A stretch of 64,000 nucleotides of DNA from an uncultured Chloroflexia bacterium (GCA_963746405.1 CAVVAV010000002.1:628155-692154); one strand, 5' to 3'. Shown: positions 50,996-62,205, numbered from the stretch's first letter. Translations and numbers: made by a program. Notes: a model not told the origin generated them from the sequence alone.

Positions 50996-52630
50996 ATGAC
51001 CACCCCCGACGTCATCGATCACGCCCGCGCGGCGTTCGCCCGGCACGCCTGGACCGAGGCGTACGAGGGATTCCGGGCAGCGGATCGCGAAACCCCACTG
51101 TCGGCGACTGACCTCGAACACGCCGGGCTTGCGGCACACCTCCTCGGCCACGACGACGACGCCGCGACACTGTGGAGCCGCGCGCACCAGGGCTCGATGG
51201 CCGCCGGCGAGATCGCCAGGGCCGCTCGCCAGGCGTTCTGGCTCGGGATGTTCCACCTGGAACGGGGGGAGATGGCCGTCGCTGGCGGCTGGCTGGGTCG
51301 CGCGACCCGGCTCGTGGAGGAGGGCGACCTCGACTGCGTGGAACGTGGGTACGTGCTCATGCCCCAGGGATTGCGTCTGCTCGATGCGGGTGACCCTGCC
51401 GCGGCGTTATCGATCTTTGATCGCGCCGCCGAGTTCGCCGATCGCTTCGCCGACACGGACCTCGCCACGATGAGCCGACTCGGTCGTGGGCGCGCGCTGA
51501 TCGACATGTCCGAGGTTCCCAGCGGCGTCGCCATGCTCGACGAGGCAATGGTCGCGGTCACGGCGGGGGAGGTCTCGCCGATCATCGTGGGAATCGTCTA
51601 TTGCGCGTCGATCGAGGCCTTCAGGGCGATCTTCGATCTGCGTCGCGCGGGGGAATGGACGGACGCACTTCGCGCGTGGTGCGACGCCCAGCCCGACCTC
51701 GTGCCGTTCCGTGGCCGGTGTCTGGTCTATCGCGCCGAGATGATGCAGTTCCATGGGGCGTGGTCGGAGGCGATCGACGAGGCCCGAAAGGCCAAGGAAT
51801 GGCTGTCACGTCCACCACCCGAGCCGGCCGTCGGCGAGGCGCTCTACCAGCAGGCCGAGCTGCACCGGTTGCGGGGCGAGTTCTCCGACGCCGAGGCCGC
51901 GTACCGGGACGCGAGCGGGTGGGGCCGGCGTCCGGAACCCGGCCTCGCGCTCCTTCGCCTCGCGCAGGGTCGTCCCAAGGCCGCGTCTGCGGCGATCCGT
52001 CGCGCCATCGACGAGGCGGCGGACGACATCGCGAACGCAAGTTTGCTGGAGCCGCACCTCGAGATCGCCCTGGCCGTCGGTGACACCGCGACCGCGCGCG
52101 ACGCGGCGGACGCACTGGCTCGTGTCGCGATCGTCGCGGATGCACCGCTGCTCACGGCCATCGCACGTCGGGCGGATGGGGCCGTGCTGCTGGCGGAGGG
52201 CGACGCTCGTGGCGCCCTCGCTGCGCTGCGCGAAGCGTCGACGGCCTGGGACAAGCTCGACGCGCCGTACGAGATGGCCCGGGTCCGCGTGTTGATCGGG
52301 CACGCCATGCGGCGGCTCGCGGATGCGGACAGCGCGGAACTCGAGCTCGACGCGGCGCGGCGCACCTTCCGCGACCTCGGGGCTGCGCCGGACCTGGCGC
52401 GCATGGACGCGCTCGACGGCGGAATCGCCGGGCGCTTGGACGGCTTGTCCGCCCGCGAGGTCGAGGTCCTTCGGCTGCTCGCGGAAGGCAAGACCAACCG
52501 GACGATCGCGGCCGATCTCGGCATCAGCGAACGCACGATCGACCGGCATGTCAGCAACATCTTCACGAAGCTCGACGTGTCGTCGCGATCGGCGGCGACG
52601 GCGTACGCGTACGAGCACGGCCTGCGCTGA
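50996..52630 (+). CDS. LuxR-family HTH regulator with TPR-like helical domain
   Basis: Helical repeats; C-terminal LSAREVEVLRLLAEGKTNRTIAADLGISERTIDRHVSNIFTKL. Confidence 0.92.
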   Translation: MTTPDVIDHARAAFARHAWTEAYEGFRAADRETPLSATDLEHAGLAAHLLGHDDDAATLWSRAHQGSMAAGEIARAARQAFWLGMFHLERGEMAVAGGWLGRATRLVEEGDLDCVERGYVLMPQGLRLLDAGDPAAALSIFDRAAEFADRFADTDLATMSRLGRGRALIDMSEVPSGVAMLDEAMVAVTAGEVSPIIVGIVYCASIEAFRAIFDLRRAGEWTDALRAWCDAQPDLVPFRGRCLVYRAEMMQFHGAWSEAIDEARKAKEWLSRPPPEPAVGEALYQQAELHRLRGEFSDAEAAYRDASGWGRRPEPGLALLRLAQGRPKAASAAIRRAIDEAADDIANASLLEPHLEIALAVGDTATARDAADALARVAIVADAPLLTAIARRADGAVLLAEGDARGALAALREASTAWDKLDAPYEMARVRVLIGHAMRRLADADSAELELDAARRTFRDLGAAPDLARMDALDGGIAGRLDGLSAREVEVLRLLAEGKTNRTIAADLGISERTIDRHVSNIFTKLDVSSRSAATAYAYEHGLR

Positions 52631-52647
52631 GGCGTCGGTCGGAGGCG

Positions 52648-52679
52648 GTACCCATGCGCGGGCAGCCGCGATTGGGTAC
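52648..52679. promoter_or_regulatory. Inverted repeat between the LuxR regulator and the monooxygenase gene (candidate operator)
   Basis: GTACCCA...CGCGG-GCAG-CCGCG...TGGGTAC. Confidence 0.4.
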
Positions 52680-52776
52680 TTCGGCGGATGCGACGCTTGG
52701 CGGTCCGGTCCTACCGTCGACCCTGGCGACCGATCCACATCGGTCGCCTCCGACACCCGACGAGGAGGAACCTGCC

Positions 52777-53937
52777 ATGGCGGGCATCGACGCTGCAGAG
52801 CGCAAGACGACCACGGAACGCATCGATACGGTGGTCATCGGGGCCGGCCAGGCCGGGCTCTCGGCCGGGTATCACCTGGCACGCCGCGGCATGCCGTTCG
52901 TCATCCTCGATCGGGACGAGCGCGTCGGTGACCACTGGCGGGAGCAATACGATTCTCTGCGCCTGTACAGCCCCGCCAAGTTCGACGGGCTACCCGGCAT
53001 GCGTTTCCCCACGTCGGGCTACCACTTTCCGACCGGGCGCGAGATGGGCGACTACCTCGAGGCGTACGCGACCCGGTTCGCCCTGCCGGTCAGGAGCGGG
53101 ACGCGCGTCGACAGCGTGCGGCCGGCCGACGGTCCCGACAGCGGCTATCTCGTCACCGCAGGCGATCGGCGCTACGAGGCGGCACAGGTCGTCGTCGCGT
53201 CCGGCGCCTTCAACCGGCCGCACGTCCCGGAATTCGCCGGCCTGCTCGATCCCGCGATCCGGCAGCTCCACTCGAGTCAGTACCGGAACCCATCCCAGCT
53301 ACGGGCGGGTCCCGTCCTGGTCGTCGGCGTCAGCCACTCCGGGGCGGATATCGCGTTCGAGACCGCCCCGACGCAGCGAACCATCCTCGCCGGCCACCTG
53401 CACGGCGAACTCCCCTTCAAGATCACTGATAACTGGCGGGCACGTATCGCCTGGCCGTCGATGGTCGTCGTGGCCAGCCACGTGCTCACGATGCGGACGC
53501 CGATCGGTCGCAAGATGGCCCCGTTCGTGCGCATGGGCGGCGGCCCACTCCTGCGGATCCGCAGCGCGGACCTCGCGCGGGCCGGCGTCGAGCGCATCGA
53601 CGCGAAGGTGGTCGGCGTCCGTGAGGGGAAGCCGGCCCTCGCCGACGGCCAGGTCCTCGACGTCGAGAACGTCGTCTGGTGCACCGGCTTCAAGCCCGAC
53701 TACCGCTGGATCCAGGTCCCGGACTTCGTCGGCGAGGACGGCTGGCCCAAGGGCGTGCGGGGCGCGGCGACCGCGCCGGGCCTCTACTTCCTGGGGATCC
53801 CGTTCACGTATGGGTTCACCTCGATGCTGGTCGCGGGCGCCGGTCGCGACGCCGGGTACGTCGTCGACCGGATCGCCGAGCGGGTTGGCGCGGGCCTGGG
53901 CGTCCGAGGGGTCGAACGGGCGACGGCCATCTCATAG
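52777..53937 (+). CDS. Flavin-containing monooxygenase-like FAD/NAD(P) oxidoreductase
   Basis: VIGAGQAG, W...YDSLRLYSP, QLHSSQYRNP (FMO-like), VVGVSHSG, WCTGF; SD GAGGAGG. Confidence 0.9.
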   Translation: MAGIDAAERKTTTERIDTVVIGAGQAGLSAGYHLARRGMPFVILDRDERVGDHWREQYDSLRLYSPAKFDGLPGMRFPTSGYHFPTGREMGDYLEAYATRFALPVRSGTRVDSVRPADGPDSGYLVTAGDRRYEAAQVVVASGAFNRPHVPEFAGLLDPAIRQLHSSQYRNPSQLRAGPVLVVGVSHSGADIAFETAPTQRTILAGHLHGELPFKITDNWRARIAWPSMVVVASHVLTMRTPIGRKMAPFVRMGGGPLLRIRSADLARAGVERIDAKVVGVREGKPALADGQVLDVENVVWCTGFKPDYRWIQVPDFVGEDGWPKGVRGAATAPGLYFLGIPFTYGFTSMLVAGAGRDAGYVVDRIAERVGAGLGVRGVERATAIS

Positions 53938-53947
53938 GCTGCTGCAC

Positions 53948-54607
53948 GTGGATCCATGCTGCGGCCCTGAGCTCGAACGGGGGTTCGACCAGCGCGTCGC
54001 CGCCCGGGACCTTGCCGCATATCGTCGTGACGGACTTCCGGGGGATCAGCGCAAGATGCTCGATGCGCTCGTCGCCGACGGCGTCGATGGCCTGACCGTC
54101 CTCGACATCGGTGGCGGCATCGGCGCGATCCACCATGACCTCCTGCGCGCCGGAGCCCGATCCGTCACGGATGTCGACGGTTCCATGGCGTACCTCGATG
54201 CGGCACGGGAGGAGGCGCGGCGGCAGGGCGATGCCGCCAGGATCGACTATCACCACGGGGACTTCGTCCAGCTCGCCACCGGGATCGAGCCGGCCGACAT
54301 CGTCATCCTTCTGCGCGTCCTGTGCTGCTACCCCGACATGCTGGCGTTGGTCCAGGCGTCGGCCCGGCGGGCACATCGATCGTACGGCGTCGTCTATCCG
54401 CGGAGCACATGGTGGATGCGCGCGGCTGCGGCGGTGTTCGACGCCGTCCGTCCGGTCGAGGGCTCGGTCTCAGGTCCCGGGTACGTGCACGCCGAGCGCG
54501 ACGTCGACCGAGCCGTTCGAGATGAGGGCTTCGCACCGGTCGTCACCGACGCGACGTTCTATTGGCGGATCGCGCTCTACCGTCGGGTCGAGGCGCCGGC
54601 CGCCTGA
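53948..54607 (+). CDS. Class I SAM-dependent methyltransferase (BchM-like fold)
   Basis: VLDIGGGIG, DVDGS, HGDF, RVLCCYPD; GTG 7 nt after TAGGCT. Confidence 0.85.
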   Translation: MDPCCGPELERGFDQRVAARDLAAYRRDGLPGDQRKMLDALVADGVDGLTVLDIGGGIGAIHHDLLRAGARSVTDVDGSMAYLDAAREEARRQGDAARIDYHHGDFVQLATGIEPADIVILLRVLCCYPDMLALVQASARRAHRSYGVVYPRSTWWMRAAAAVFDAVRPVEGSVSGPGYVHAERDVDRAVRDEGFAPVVTDATFYWRIALYRRVEAPAA

Positions 54608-54613
54608 CGTCGT

Positions 54614-55750
54614 TCAGCCGGGGAGATCGCGCTCCTCGGGGCCGACGTAGTTGACGTCCGGCCTGATGAGGCGGTTGTTGGCCGCCTGCTCGAGCGCGTG
54701 CGCGGTCCAGCCCGCCGTCCGTGCCAACGAGAACGTCGCCGGGAAGAGGTCCGGGGTCAGGCCGACACCCATGAGCACCGGTGCCGCGTAGAACTCGACG
54801 TTCGTCTTGAGCGGACGGTCGGGATGCTTCTCGGCGAGGACACGGAGCGCGACGTCCTCTACCTCGATCGCGAGCTGGAGCCATTCGGGCTTGTGGGCCA
54901 TGCCCTCCGCGACGGTCCGCAGGGCCTTGGCGCGCGGGTCGTACGCGCGATAGACGCGGTGCCCGAAGCCCATCAGCCGCTCCCCCTTTGCCAGCGCCTC
55001 GCGGACCCACGCCTCGGCGTGATCGGCGGACCCGACCTCGGCCAGCTGGTCCACGACCTCGGACGGCGCGCCGCCGTGGAGCGGTCCCTTCATCGTCCCG
55101 ATCGCGCCCGCCACCGCGGACGCGATGTCCGAGCGGGTCGAGGTGATGATCCGGGCCGTGAACGTCGATGCGTTGAACCCGTGCTCTGAACCGACGATGA
55201 AGTAGGCGTCGAGCGCGCGGGTCGTGCCCTCGTCCGGACGCGAGCCCGTCAGCTGGTAGAGGAAACCCGAGACGAGATCGAGCGAGGGGTCGGGCTCGAC
55301 CGGCTCCTGGCCGGAGCGCAGTCGCGCGAAGGCGGCCAGGGCCGACGGCGCGAACGCCGTGAGGGCGCGTGCCTGCTCGACGGTCGGTGGCCACGGCAGG
55401 TCCTGGGTCGACCCCCACGCCGAGATCGCGGTCCGCAATGCGTCCATCGGCTTGGCCGTGGTGGGCAGTGCCCGGAGGACGGTCAGGACCGCGTCCGGAA
55501 CGGGCGCGGTCGGCAGCCGGTGGGCGGGGTCCCAGTCGCCGGTCCAGAGGAGGTTCGCGACCGCGGGATACGACCCGTTCGCCACGAGGTCGCCGATGCG
55601 ATAGCCGCGATAGAGCAGCCGGCCGCGTTCGCCATCGACGTAGGACAGGCTCGTCTCGCCGGCGATGACGCCCTCGAGCCCCGGTGAGTATGGCCGGGCG
55701 GCCTGGGCAGCCTCGTTCGTCGGTGCGTCGGCGGGTGGGGAATCCGTCAT
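54614..55750 (-). CDS. Citrate/2-methylcitrate synthase (short type)
   Basis: PGLEGV, LLYRGY, EHGFNASTF, GPLHGGA, MGFGHRVY, TNVEFY, ARTAGW, RLIRP. Confidence 0.93.
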   Translation of the reverse strand: MTDSPPADAPTNEAAQAARPYSPGLEGVIAGETSLSYVDGERGRLLYRGYRIGDLVANGSYPAVANLLWTGDWDPAHRLPTAPVPDAVLTVLRALPTTAKPMDALRTAISAWGSTQDLPWPPTVEQARALTAFAPSALAAFARLRSGQEPVEPDPSLDLVSGFLYQLTGSRPDEGTTRALDAYFIVGSEHGFNASTFTARIITSTRSDIASAVAGAIGTMKGPLHGGAPSEVVDQLAEVGSADHAEAWVREALAKGERLMGFGHRVYRAYDPRAKALRTVAEGMAHKPEWLQLAIEVEDVALRVLAEKHPDRPLKTNVEFYAAPVLMGVGLTPDLFPATFSLARTAGWTAHALEQAANNRLIRPDVNYVGPEERDLPG

Positions 55751-55820
55751 CGCCTGATGGTAGCCGTGGGCGTGCGGGGCCGCTGTGCCCGGCACATGTG
55801 GCGCCGTGCCCGGCCAGGGT

Positions 55821-56078
55821 TCAGCGTTCGTTGATCGCCTTGAGGACCAGGCGCACGACCAGCGAACCCAGTACCGCGACGACGATGATCGCGATCAGCC
55901 CGTTGACGTTCGAGAACCCCATCTGGTCAGCGAGCCAGCCGCCGACGATGCCGCCAAGGATGCCGACGACGATGTTCGGCAGGCAGCCTCGCGCGGTTCG
56001 ACCGCCGATGAGCGCGCCGGAGATGGCGCCGGCGATGAAGCCGATGATGATCCACTCGAGGAGTCCGAGCTCGGGCAT
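55821..56078 (-). CDS. GlsB/YeaQ/YmgE family (transglycosylase-associated) membrane protein
   Basis: WIIIGFIAGAI...NIVVGILGGIVGG...VAVLGS. Confidence 0.88.
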   Translation of the reverse strand: MPELGLLEWIIIGFIAGAISGALIGGRTARGCLPNIVVGILGGIVGGWLADQMGFSNVNGLIAIIVVAVLGSLVVRLVLKAINER

Positions 56079-56124
56079 GACCCCGAGTATCCCATGCCCG
56101 GCTGGGCGACGAGGAGCGACGACG

Positions 56125-56958
56125 CTATGGCACGCCGAGGAACGCCGCCACCGCCTCGACGACGGCATCGGGATGGGTGTGGTGAGCCGCGTGCCGGGCG
56201 CCGGGGATGACGACGATCGTGCCCCCGGCGAGGCGATCGTCAAGGGCGGCCGTGGCGACCCGGAACTCCCGGCGGCTGTCGCCGCCGAGCACCTGGAGCA
56301 CCGGCTGGCGGACGGCGCCCAACCGGTCGAGCCCGGCCTCGTCGCCGGATTCCACGGCGACCTCGCGGGCGATGGTCGGGGCGGCCGCCACCCGTCGTGG
56401 CCAGACCGGGTCGGCACGATACCGGTCGAGCTCGTCGGCGCTCATCCCGACGACCCGGGTCATGAACGTCATGAGCAGCGTCTCGGGCTGGCCGGCGTCG
56501 GCAAGCGCACCGAGCTCGGACGCGAGCGACGTATCGCCGTAGCGCTCGCCGGGTGGCGTCGGAGCACCCTCGTACGAGATCACACGGCCGACATTCTGGG
56601 TGAGCAGCGCGGCGCCGAGGGCGGTGCGGCCGCCGTACGAGTGGCCGAGCACGTCGACCGGGCCGCCCTGCTCGAGCGCGAGCGCGGCCGCGACGGCGGC
56701 GACGTCCTCGAACTCGCGCTCGATGGCGTACGGGTCCGTGTCCCCCGACGCGCCCCGGCCGCGTCGGTCCATCGCGTGGATCGTGAAGCGGGCCGCCAGC
56801 AAAGGTCCGAGAACCCGGAACGTCGTGTGGTCCGCGGCCGCGCCATGGATCAGCACGAGCGGCGGACCGGTCCCGGACGTGAACACCGCGATCGGCGTGC
56901 CGTCGGCCGAGCGGACCGTGCGGCTCGGCCGTTCGTCGGCCGGCGGCAATCCGGTCAC
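56125..56958 (-). CDS. Alpha/beta hydrolase
   Basis: SADGTPIA, LIHG, MDRRGRGASGD, LGHSYGG, YEG. Confidence 0.9.
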   Translation of the reverse strand: MTGLPPADERPSRTVRSADGTPIAVFTSGTGPPLVLIHGAAADHTTFRVLGPLLAARFTIHAMDRRGRGASGDTDPYAIEREFEDVAAVAAALALEQGGPVDVLGHSYGGRTALGAALLTQNVGRVISYEGAPTPPGERYGDTSLASELGALADAGQPETLLMTFMTRVVGMSADELDRYRADPVWPRRVAAAPTIAREVAVESGDEAGLDRLGAVRQPVLQVLGGDSRREFRVATAALDDRLAGGTIVVIPGARHAAHHTHPDAVVEAVAAFLGVP

Positions 56959-57491
56959 GCGGTCGGCCGCCAGGCGTATCGGACGTCGGGCTGCCGCTCC
57001 TCGTTGCCGCTGCCGTCGCCGTAGGCGATCGGTTCGAACCCGGCGCGCTCGTAGAAGCGCCGCGCGTTGCCGTTGACGGCGAAACAGTAGAGATCGAGCC
57101 CGGCGGGGCGTCGCTCCTTGGCGAGCGCGACGAAACGGCGGCCCAGGCCGTGCCCGATCCAAGCCGGCGTCACGTACAGCTGCTCGATCATGTCGGCTGA
57201 CAGGGCCATCAACCCGACGACCGTGCCGTCGAAGTCGATGGCAACCCACGTCTCGTGCCGGGGCACGAGCTCGGTGGCGAGCCAGCGCCGGACGTCGTCA
57301 TCCGGGTGCGCGGGCTCGAAGTCGAACGTGGCTCGCCACGACGCGAGCCACACGTCGCCGATGGCGGCCGCGTCGCCGGGTCCGGCACGTCGGATCGTGA
57401 TGGTGCCGGGATCGGCCGCCGGCGGGTCGGCCGGGACAGGGTCGCGCGCCGGGTCCCTTGCTCCGGGACCACGCGATGGCGATGCGGCCAT
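56955..57491 (-). CDS. GNAT family N-acetyltransferase
   Basis: IEQLYV.P.WIGHGLG, N..ARRFYERAGF, GSGNEERQPD. Confidence 0.9.
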   Translation of the reverse strand: MAASPSRGPGARDPARDPVPADPPAADPGTITIRRAGPGDAAAIGDVWLASWRATFDFEPAHPDDDVRRWLATELVPRHETWVAIDFDGTVVGLMALSADMIEQLYVTPAWIGHGLGRRFVALAKERRPAGLDLYCFAVNGNARRFYERAGFEPIAYGDGSGNEERQPDVRYAWRPTA

Positions 57492-58300
57492 CAGCGCGCG
57501 GGCAGGTTCGCGGCCGCCGCCTCGTCCAGGACCCACGTCGCGCCGTCGCGAAGCGCGAGCTGTGCGGGCCAGCGTGTCGGATCGACGACGGGACCGAAGA
57601 TGTCGCCGAGGATCGCCGCCTTCCCCGCGCCGTGCATCACCACCAGGATCTGGCGCGCGACCGCCAGGACTGCCGGGTTGAGGGTCACCCGTGCCACGTG
57701 CGGTTCGATATGGGTGGGGGCCGGGATCGCGAGCGCCCACGCGGACGATCCGAACGCCTCGGAGCCCGGAAAGACCGACAGCACGTGGCCGTCGCTGCCG
57801 ATGCCGAGCAGGATGAGGTCGAACACCGGCCAGCCATCGACGATCTCGACGCCGTCCGCGCGGAGATCCTGCTCGAGCTCGGCGGCGCAGCCGTCCGGGC
57901 CCGTGCCCGCCCCGATGGACTCGGTCGTCTGGAACGGATGCACGTTCTCGATCGCCAACGGCACCGGAGCGTGGGCATCGCGGACGGCCGACCCGGCCTG
58001 ACGGTCCGCGGTGTCGAGCAGGATGTCGTCGAGCGGTTTCACGTTGGAGAGCGCGTGGTCGCGCGGGACGTATCGGTCGTCGCCCCACCAGACGTGCACC
58101 TTGCGCCACGGGATGTCGTCGACGTGCGGCGGGCCCGCGAGATGGCGGTAGATCCCGATCGGCGTGGAGCCGCCGGTCGTGGCCCAGTCGGCGCGGTCGC
58201 GTTCGAGGGCGGCGCTACGGAGTGCCGCGGCGAGCCGGTCCGCCGCGACCGCGGACGCGGCCTCCGCGTCGGGGACGACGACGATCTCGGGTCCGCTCAT
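57491..58300 (-). CDS. pgl: 6-phosphogluconolactonase
   Basis: TGGSTP, WWGDDRYVP, FDLILLGIGSDGH, RVTL, GAGKA. Confidence 0.93.
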   Translation of the reverse strand: MSGPEIVVVPDAEAASAVAADRLAAALRSAALERDRADWATTGGSTPIGIYRHLAGPPHVDDIPWRKVHVWWGDDRYVPRDHALSNVKPLDDILLDTADRQAGSAVRDAHAPVPLAIENVHPFQTTESIGAGTGPDGCAAELEQDLRADGVEIVDGWPVFDLILLGIGSDGHVLSVFPGSEAFGSSAWALAIPAPTHIEPHVARVTLNPAVLAVARQILVVMHGAGKAAILGDIFGPVVDPTRWPAQLALRDGATWVLDEAAAANLPAR

Positions 58301-59577
58301 GATGCCCGCGGCGCGCCCGCCGCCACGATCGCGCCACCCGTCAGCGCCGCCGCCGCGCGCAGGCTCCCGGTCGCGATGTCCTCCCGCCGCCCGGTCTCGA
58401 TCGCCTCGGCCAGCAGGTCCACCTCGCCGCGCCGTGCCGCAAGGAACCGCCGCTCGTAGGCCTCCACACCGTCCTGCCAGACCCGGACGTGCACGGTCTC
58501 GGCCTCCGCCGTGACGTCGGCGCGCAACTCGGATCCGCGGCGCTCGGCGAGGAGCTCGACGCGCAGGGTCGTGCCCGCGGGCGTCGTCGAGACGACCGGA
58601 CGGATGACCACCGCGACCTCGCCGCGCCCGTCGCTGAGCGTGGCCGCCATCCCACGGCCGACCACTGGTCGCGTGCCTGGCGCGGGTTTCGAGCGTGAGG
58701 GGCCGCCCGATCGCTCCGCGACGGCCGCCAGCGGCTTGGCGACGTTCAAGCCGAGTCGCGAGGCCAGCCAGGCGACGTGGTAGATCGGCTTGACGATGTT
58801 CGTGGACCCTGGGGCGCCGGTCTCATCGTGGGTCGAGTAGGTCACGGCGATCCTGCGCAGCGAGCGCAGATAGGGCATGAAGTCGGGGTCGTCGAAGATC
58901 GACGCGATGGCCTCGCGCCAACGCGACTGGCGGAGCATCGCGAAGTCGCTGATGGCCAGTCGGGTCGCGTCGAGCAGACCCGCCATCTCGCGCATCCGCT
59001 CGAGGCCATCCCCGTTCCACGACGACGCGTCCACGACCAGGCGGTCCGCGCCGATCAACAGGTCGTACGCCGCACGCGATACGAACGGCGGCTCGCCCGG
59101 CCACCAGACCGTGACCGGGAGGTCGTGGACGATCAGCGGGGTCACGATCGCGGACAGGTGCCGGCCGGCCTCGCCGCCGACGGTGAGGTGGATCGTCTCG
59201 GCGCAGGTCTCGGGTGCGTCCTCGCGTGGCAGCACGCAATGCGCCTCGACCCGCGCCTCGATCCAGGACGGCCCGTCCGGGTCCGCCGACTGGACGACGA
59301 TGGTCCTCGACGGGTGCCGCCCGGTCAGGGCCTGGATCGTCGCCGCGCCCCGCTCAGCGAGCTCCGGCCGGCGCGCGATGACGACGAGGTTCATCACGCT
59401 CGTCCGGGCCGCGATGTGGCGGGCGGTCTCGCCCTCCATCTCGGTCGTCAGGTCCTGCCGCGCCCAGATCCGGGCGAGCTCCTGTTCGACCTCGGCGATG
59501 CTGTGGGCGCGCGCGGACCAGCGCAGGACGGGCTCGTGGAGCGCGTTCGCGGGCGCCTGACCGGTGGGGGTCGTCAT
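58297..59577 (-). CDS. opcA: Glucose-6-phosphate dehydrogenase assembly protein OpcA
   Basis: SVMNLVV, HPSRTI, PLIVHDLPVTVWWPG, DRLVVD, WREAIAS; directly downstream of zwf. Confidence 0.9.
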   Translation of the reverse strand: MTTPTGQAPANALHEPVLRWSARAHSIAEVEQELARIWARQDLTTEMEGETARHIAARTSVMNLVVIARRPELAERGAATIQALTGRHPSRTIVVQSADPDGPSWIEARVEAHCVLPREDAPETCAETIHLTVGGEAGRHLSAIVTPLIVHDLPVTVWWPGEPPFVSRAAYDLLIGADRLVVDASSWNGDGLERMREMAGLLDATRLAISDFAMLRQSRWREAIASIFDDPDFMPYLRSLRRIAVTYSTHDETGAPGSTNIVKPIYHVAWLASRLGLNVAKPLAAVAERSGGPSRSKPAPGTRPVVGRGMAATLSDGRGEVAVVIRPVVSTTPAGTTLRVELLAERRGSELRADVTAEAETVHVRVWQDGVEAYERRFLAARRGEVDLLAEAIETGRREDIATGSLRAAAALTGGAIVAAGAPRAS

Positions 59578-59591
59578 TGATGGGGTCCGGC

Positions 59592-61289
59592 TCAGATCCG
59601 GCGCCAGCGCTTGCTGTCGCGGCCGATCATCTCGTCGGCCTCGCTCGGGCCCCACGTGCCGGCGTCGTAGTCGGGGAACTCCGGCGGCGCGCTCGACGCC
59701 CACATGTCGATGATCGGGTCGACGATGCTCCATGCCTCCTCGACCTCGTCCGCCCGGGTGAACAGCGACGCGTCCCCCTGGAGCGCGTCGAGGATCAGCG
59801 TCTCATAGGCGTCGGGCGAGTCGACGTTGAAGGCGGACCCGTAGGTGAAGTCCATCGTAACGGGGCGGATGGCCATGCCGAGACCCGGCACCTTGGCCCC
59901 GAACCGCAGCATGATCCCCTCGTCGGGCTGGATGCGGATGGCGAGGAGGTTCGGGTCGGGCTCCGTCGCCGCCTCGCGGAACAGCCGGTGCGGCACCTCG
60001 CGGAACTGGATCGCGATCTCCGTCGAGCGCTTGGGCAGGCGCTTGCCGGTCCGGACGTAGAAGGGCACGCCGGACCAGCGCCAGTCGTCGATGGTCAGGC
60101 GGGCGGCGACGTACGTCTCCGTCTCGGACATCGAGTCGACATCGGGTTCCTGGCGGTACCCGGGGACCGGCGTGGCGGCGACCCAGCCCGGGCCGTACTG
60201 GCCACGAACGACGCAACCGGGCGTCTCGGCGGGGCTGGCGATCGCGCGCAGCACCTTGACCTTTTCGTCGCGCAGCGGATCGGCCTCAAAGGTGGCCGGC
60301 GGCTCCATCGCGACGAGACTCACGAGCTGGAGCAGGTGGTTCTGCAGAACGTCGCGCGACGCGCCGGTCTCCTCGTAGAACGCGCCCCGGTTCTCGATGC
60401 CGATGGATTCGGCCACGGTGATCTGCACGTGGTCGACATAGCGACGGTTCCAGAGCGGCTCGAAGATGCCGTTCCCGAAGCGGAAGACGAGCAGGTTGCG
60501 GACCGTCTCCTTGCCCAGGTAGTGGTCGATGCGGTAGACCTGCGACTCGCGGAAGACCTTGCCCACCTCGCGGTTGAGCTTCTTCGCTGAGTCGAGATCG
60601 TGCCCGAACGGCTTCTCGATGACGATCCGTCGCCAGCCGCCGTCATGGCGCTCGTGATCGAGCCCGACGCGACCCAGCTGGGCGACGATCTCGGCGAACT
60701 GCGATGGCTGTGTCGCGAGGTAGAACAGCCGGTTGCCGCGGGTGCCGTGCTCCTCGTCGAGCTCCTCGAGCGTGGTGGCGAGGACATCGAAGCCGGCCGG
60801 ATCCGCGAAGTCACAGCGGTGATAGCGGATGCGCTCGCTGAAGGAGCTCCAGGCGGCTTCGTCGATGGGCAGCACGCGGCTGTGATCCTCGAGCGACTTG
60901 CGGACTTCCGCGACGAACGCCGAGTCGTCGAACGGACGTCGTCCGATCGCCAGGACCACGAACTCGTGCGGCAGGAGATTGGTCCGCCACAGGTGATACA
61001 TGGCCGGGATGACCTTGCGATGGGCCAGATCGCCGGTCGCTCCGAACAGCACCATGGTCGACGGATCCGGCACTCGCTCGAGGTGGAGGCCCTCGCGCAG
61101 GATGTTCTCGACCGCCTTGGCCCGGGGCGCCTTCTTGCCCTCGCGGGCCTCGCGCAGCTCGCGCATCGTCTTGGGCGCGTCCTTGGGCTTCGGCGCCGGC
61201 TGGGCCGGGATCGGCTGGTCCGGCGGCGCGTCGACGGGCGCGGGGTCCTTCACCGGGACCTGGACCTTGCCCTTCACCCGCGTGGCCAT
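59592..61289 (-). CDS. zwf: Glucose-6-phosphate 1-dehydrogenase
   Basis: FGATGDLAHRK, EKPFG, RIDHYLGKE, RDVLQNHL, RWSGVPFYVRTGKRL. Confidence 0.97.
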   Translation of the reverse strand: MATRVKGKVQVPVKDPAPVDAPPDQPIPAQPAPKPKDAPKTMRELREAREGKKAPRAKAVENILREGLHLERVPDPSTMVLFGATGDLAHRKVIPAMYHLWRTNLLPHEFVVLAIGRRPFDDSAFVAEVRKSLEDHSRVLPIDEAAWSSFSERIRYHRCDFADPAGFDVLATTLEELDEEHGTRGNRLFYLATQPSQFAEIVAQLGRVGLDHERHDGGWRRIVIEKPFGHDLDSAKKLNREVGKVFRESQVYRIDHYLGKETVRNLLVFRFGNGIFEPLWNRRYVDHVQITVAESIGIENRGAFYEETGASRDVLQNHLLQLVSLVAMEPPATFEADPLRDEKVKVLRAIASPAETPGCVVRGQYGPGWVAATPVPGYRQEPDVDSMSETETYVAARLTIDDWRWSGVPFYVRTGKRLPKRSTEIAIQFREVPHRLFREAATEPDPNLLAIRIQPDEGIMLRFGAKVPGLGMAIRPVTMDFTYGSAFNVDSPDAYETLILDALQGDASLFTRADEVEEAWSIVDPIIDMWASSAPPEFPDYDAGTWGPSEADEMIGRDSKRWRRI

Positions 61290-61294
61290 CCTCG

Positions 61295-62200
<906 letters not shown>

Positions 62201-62205
62201 GTGGA

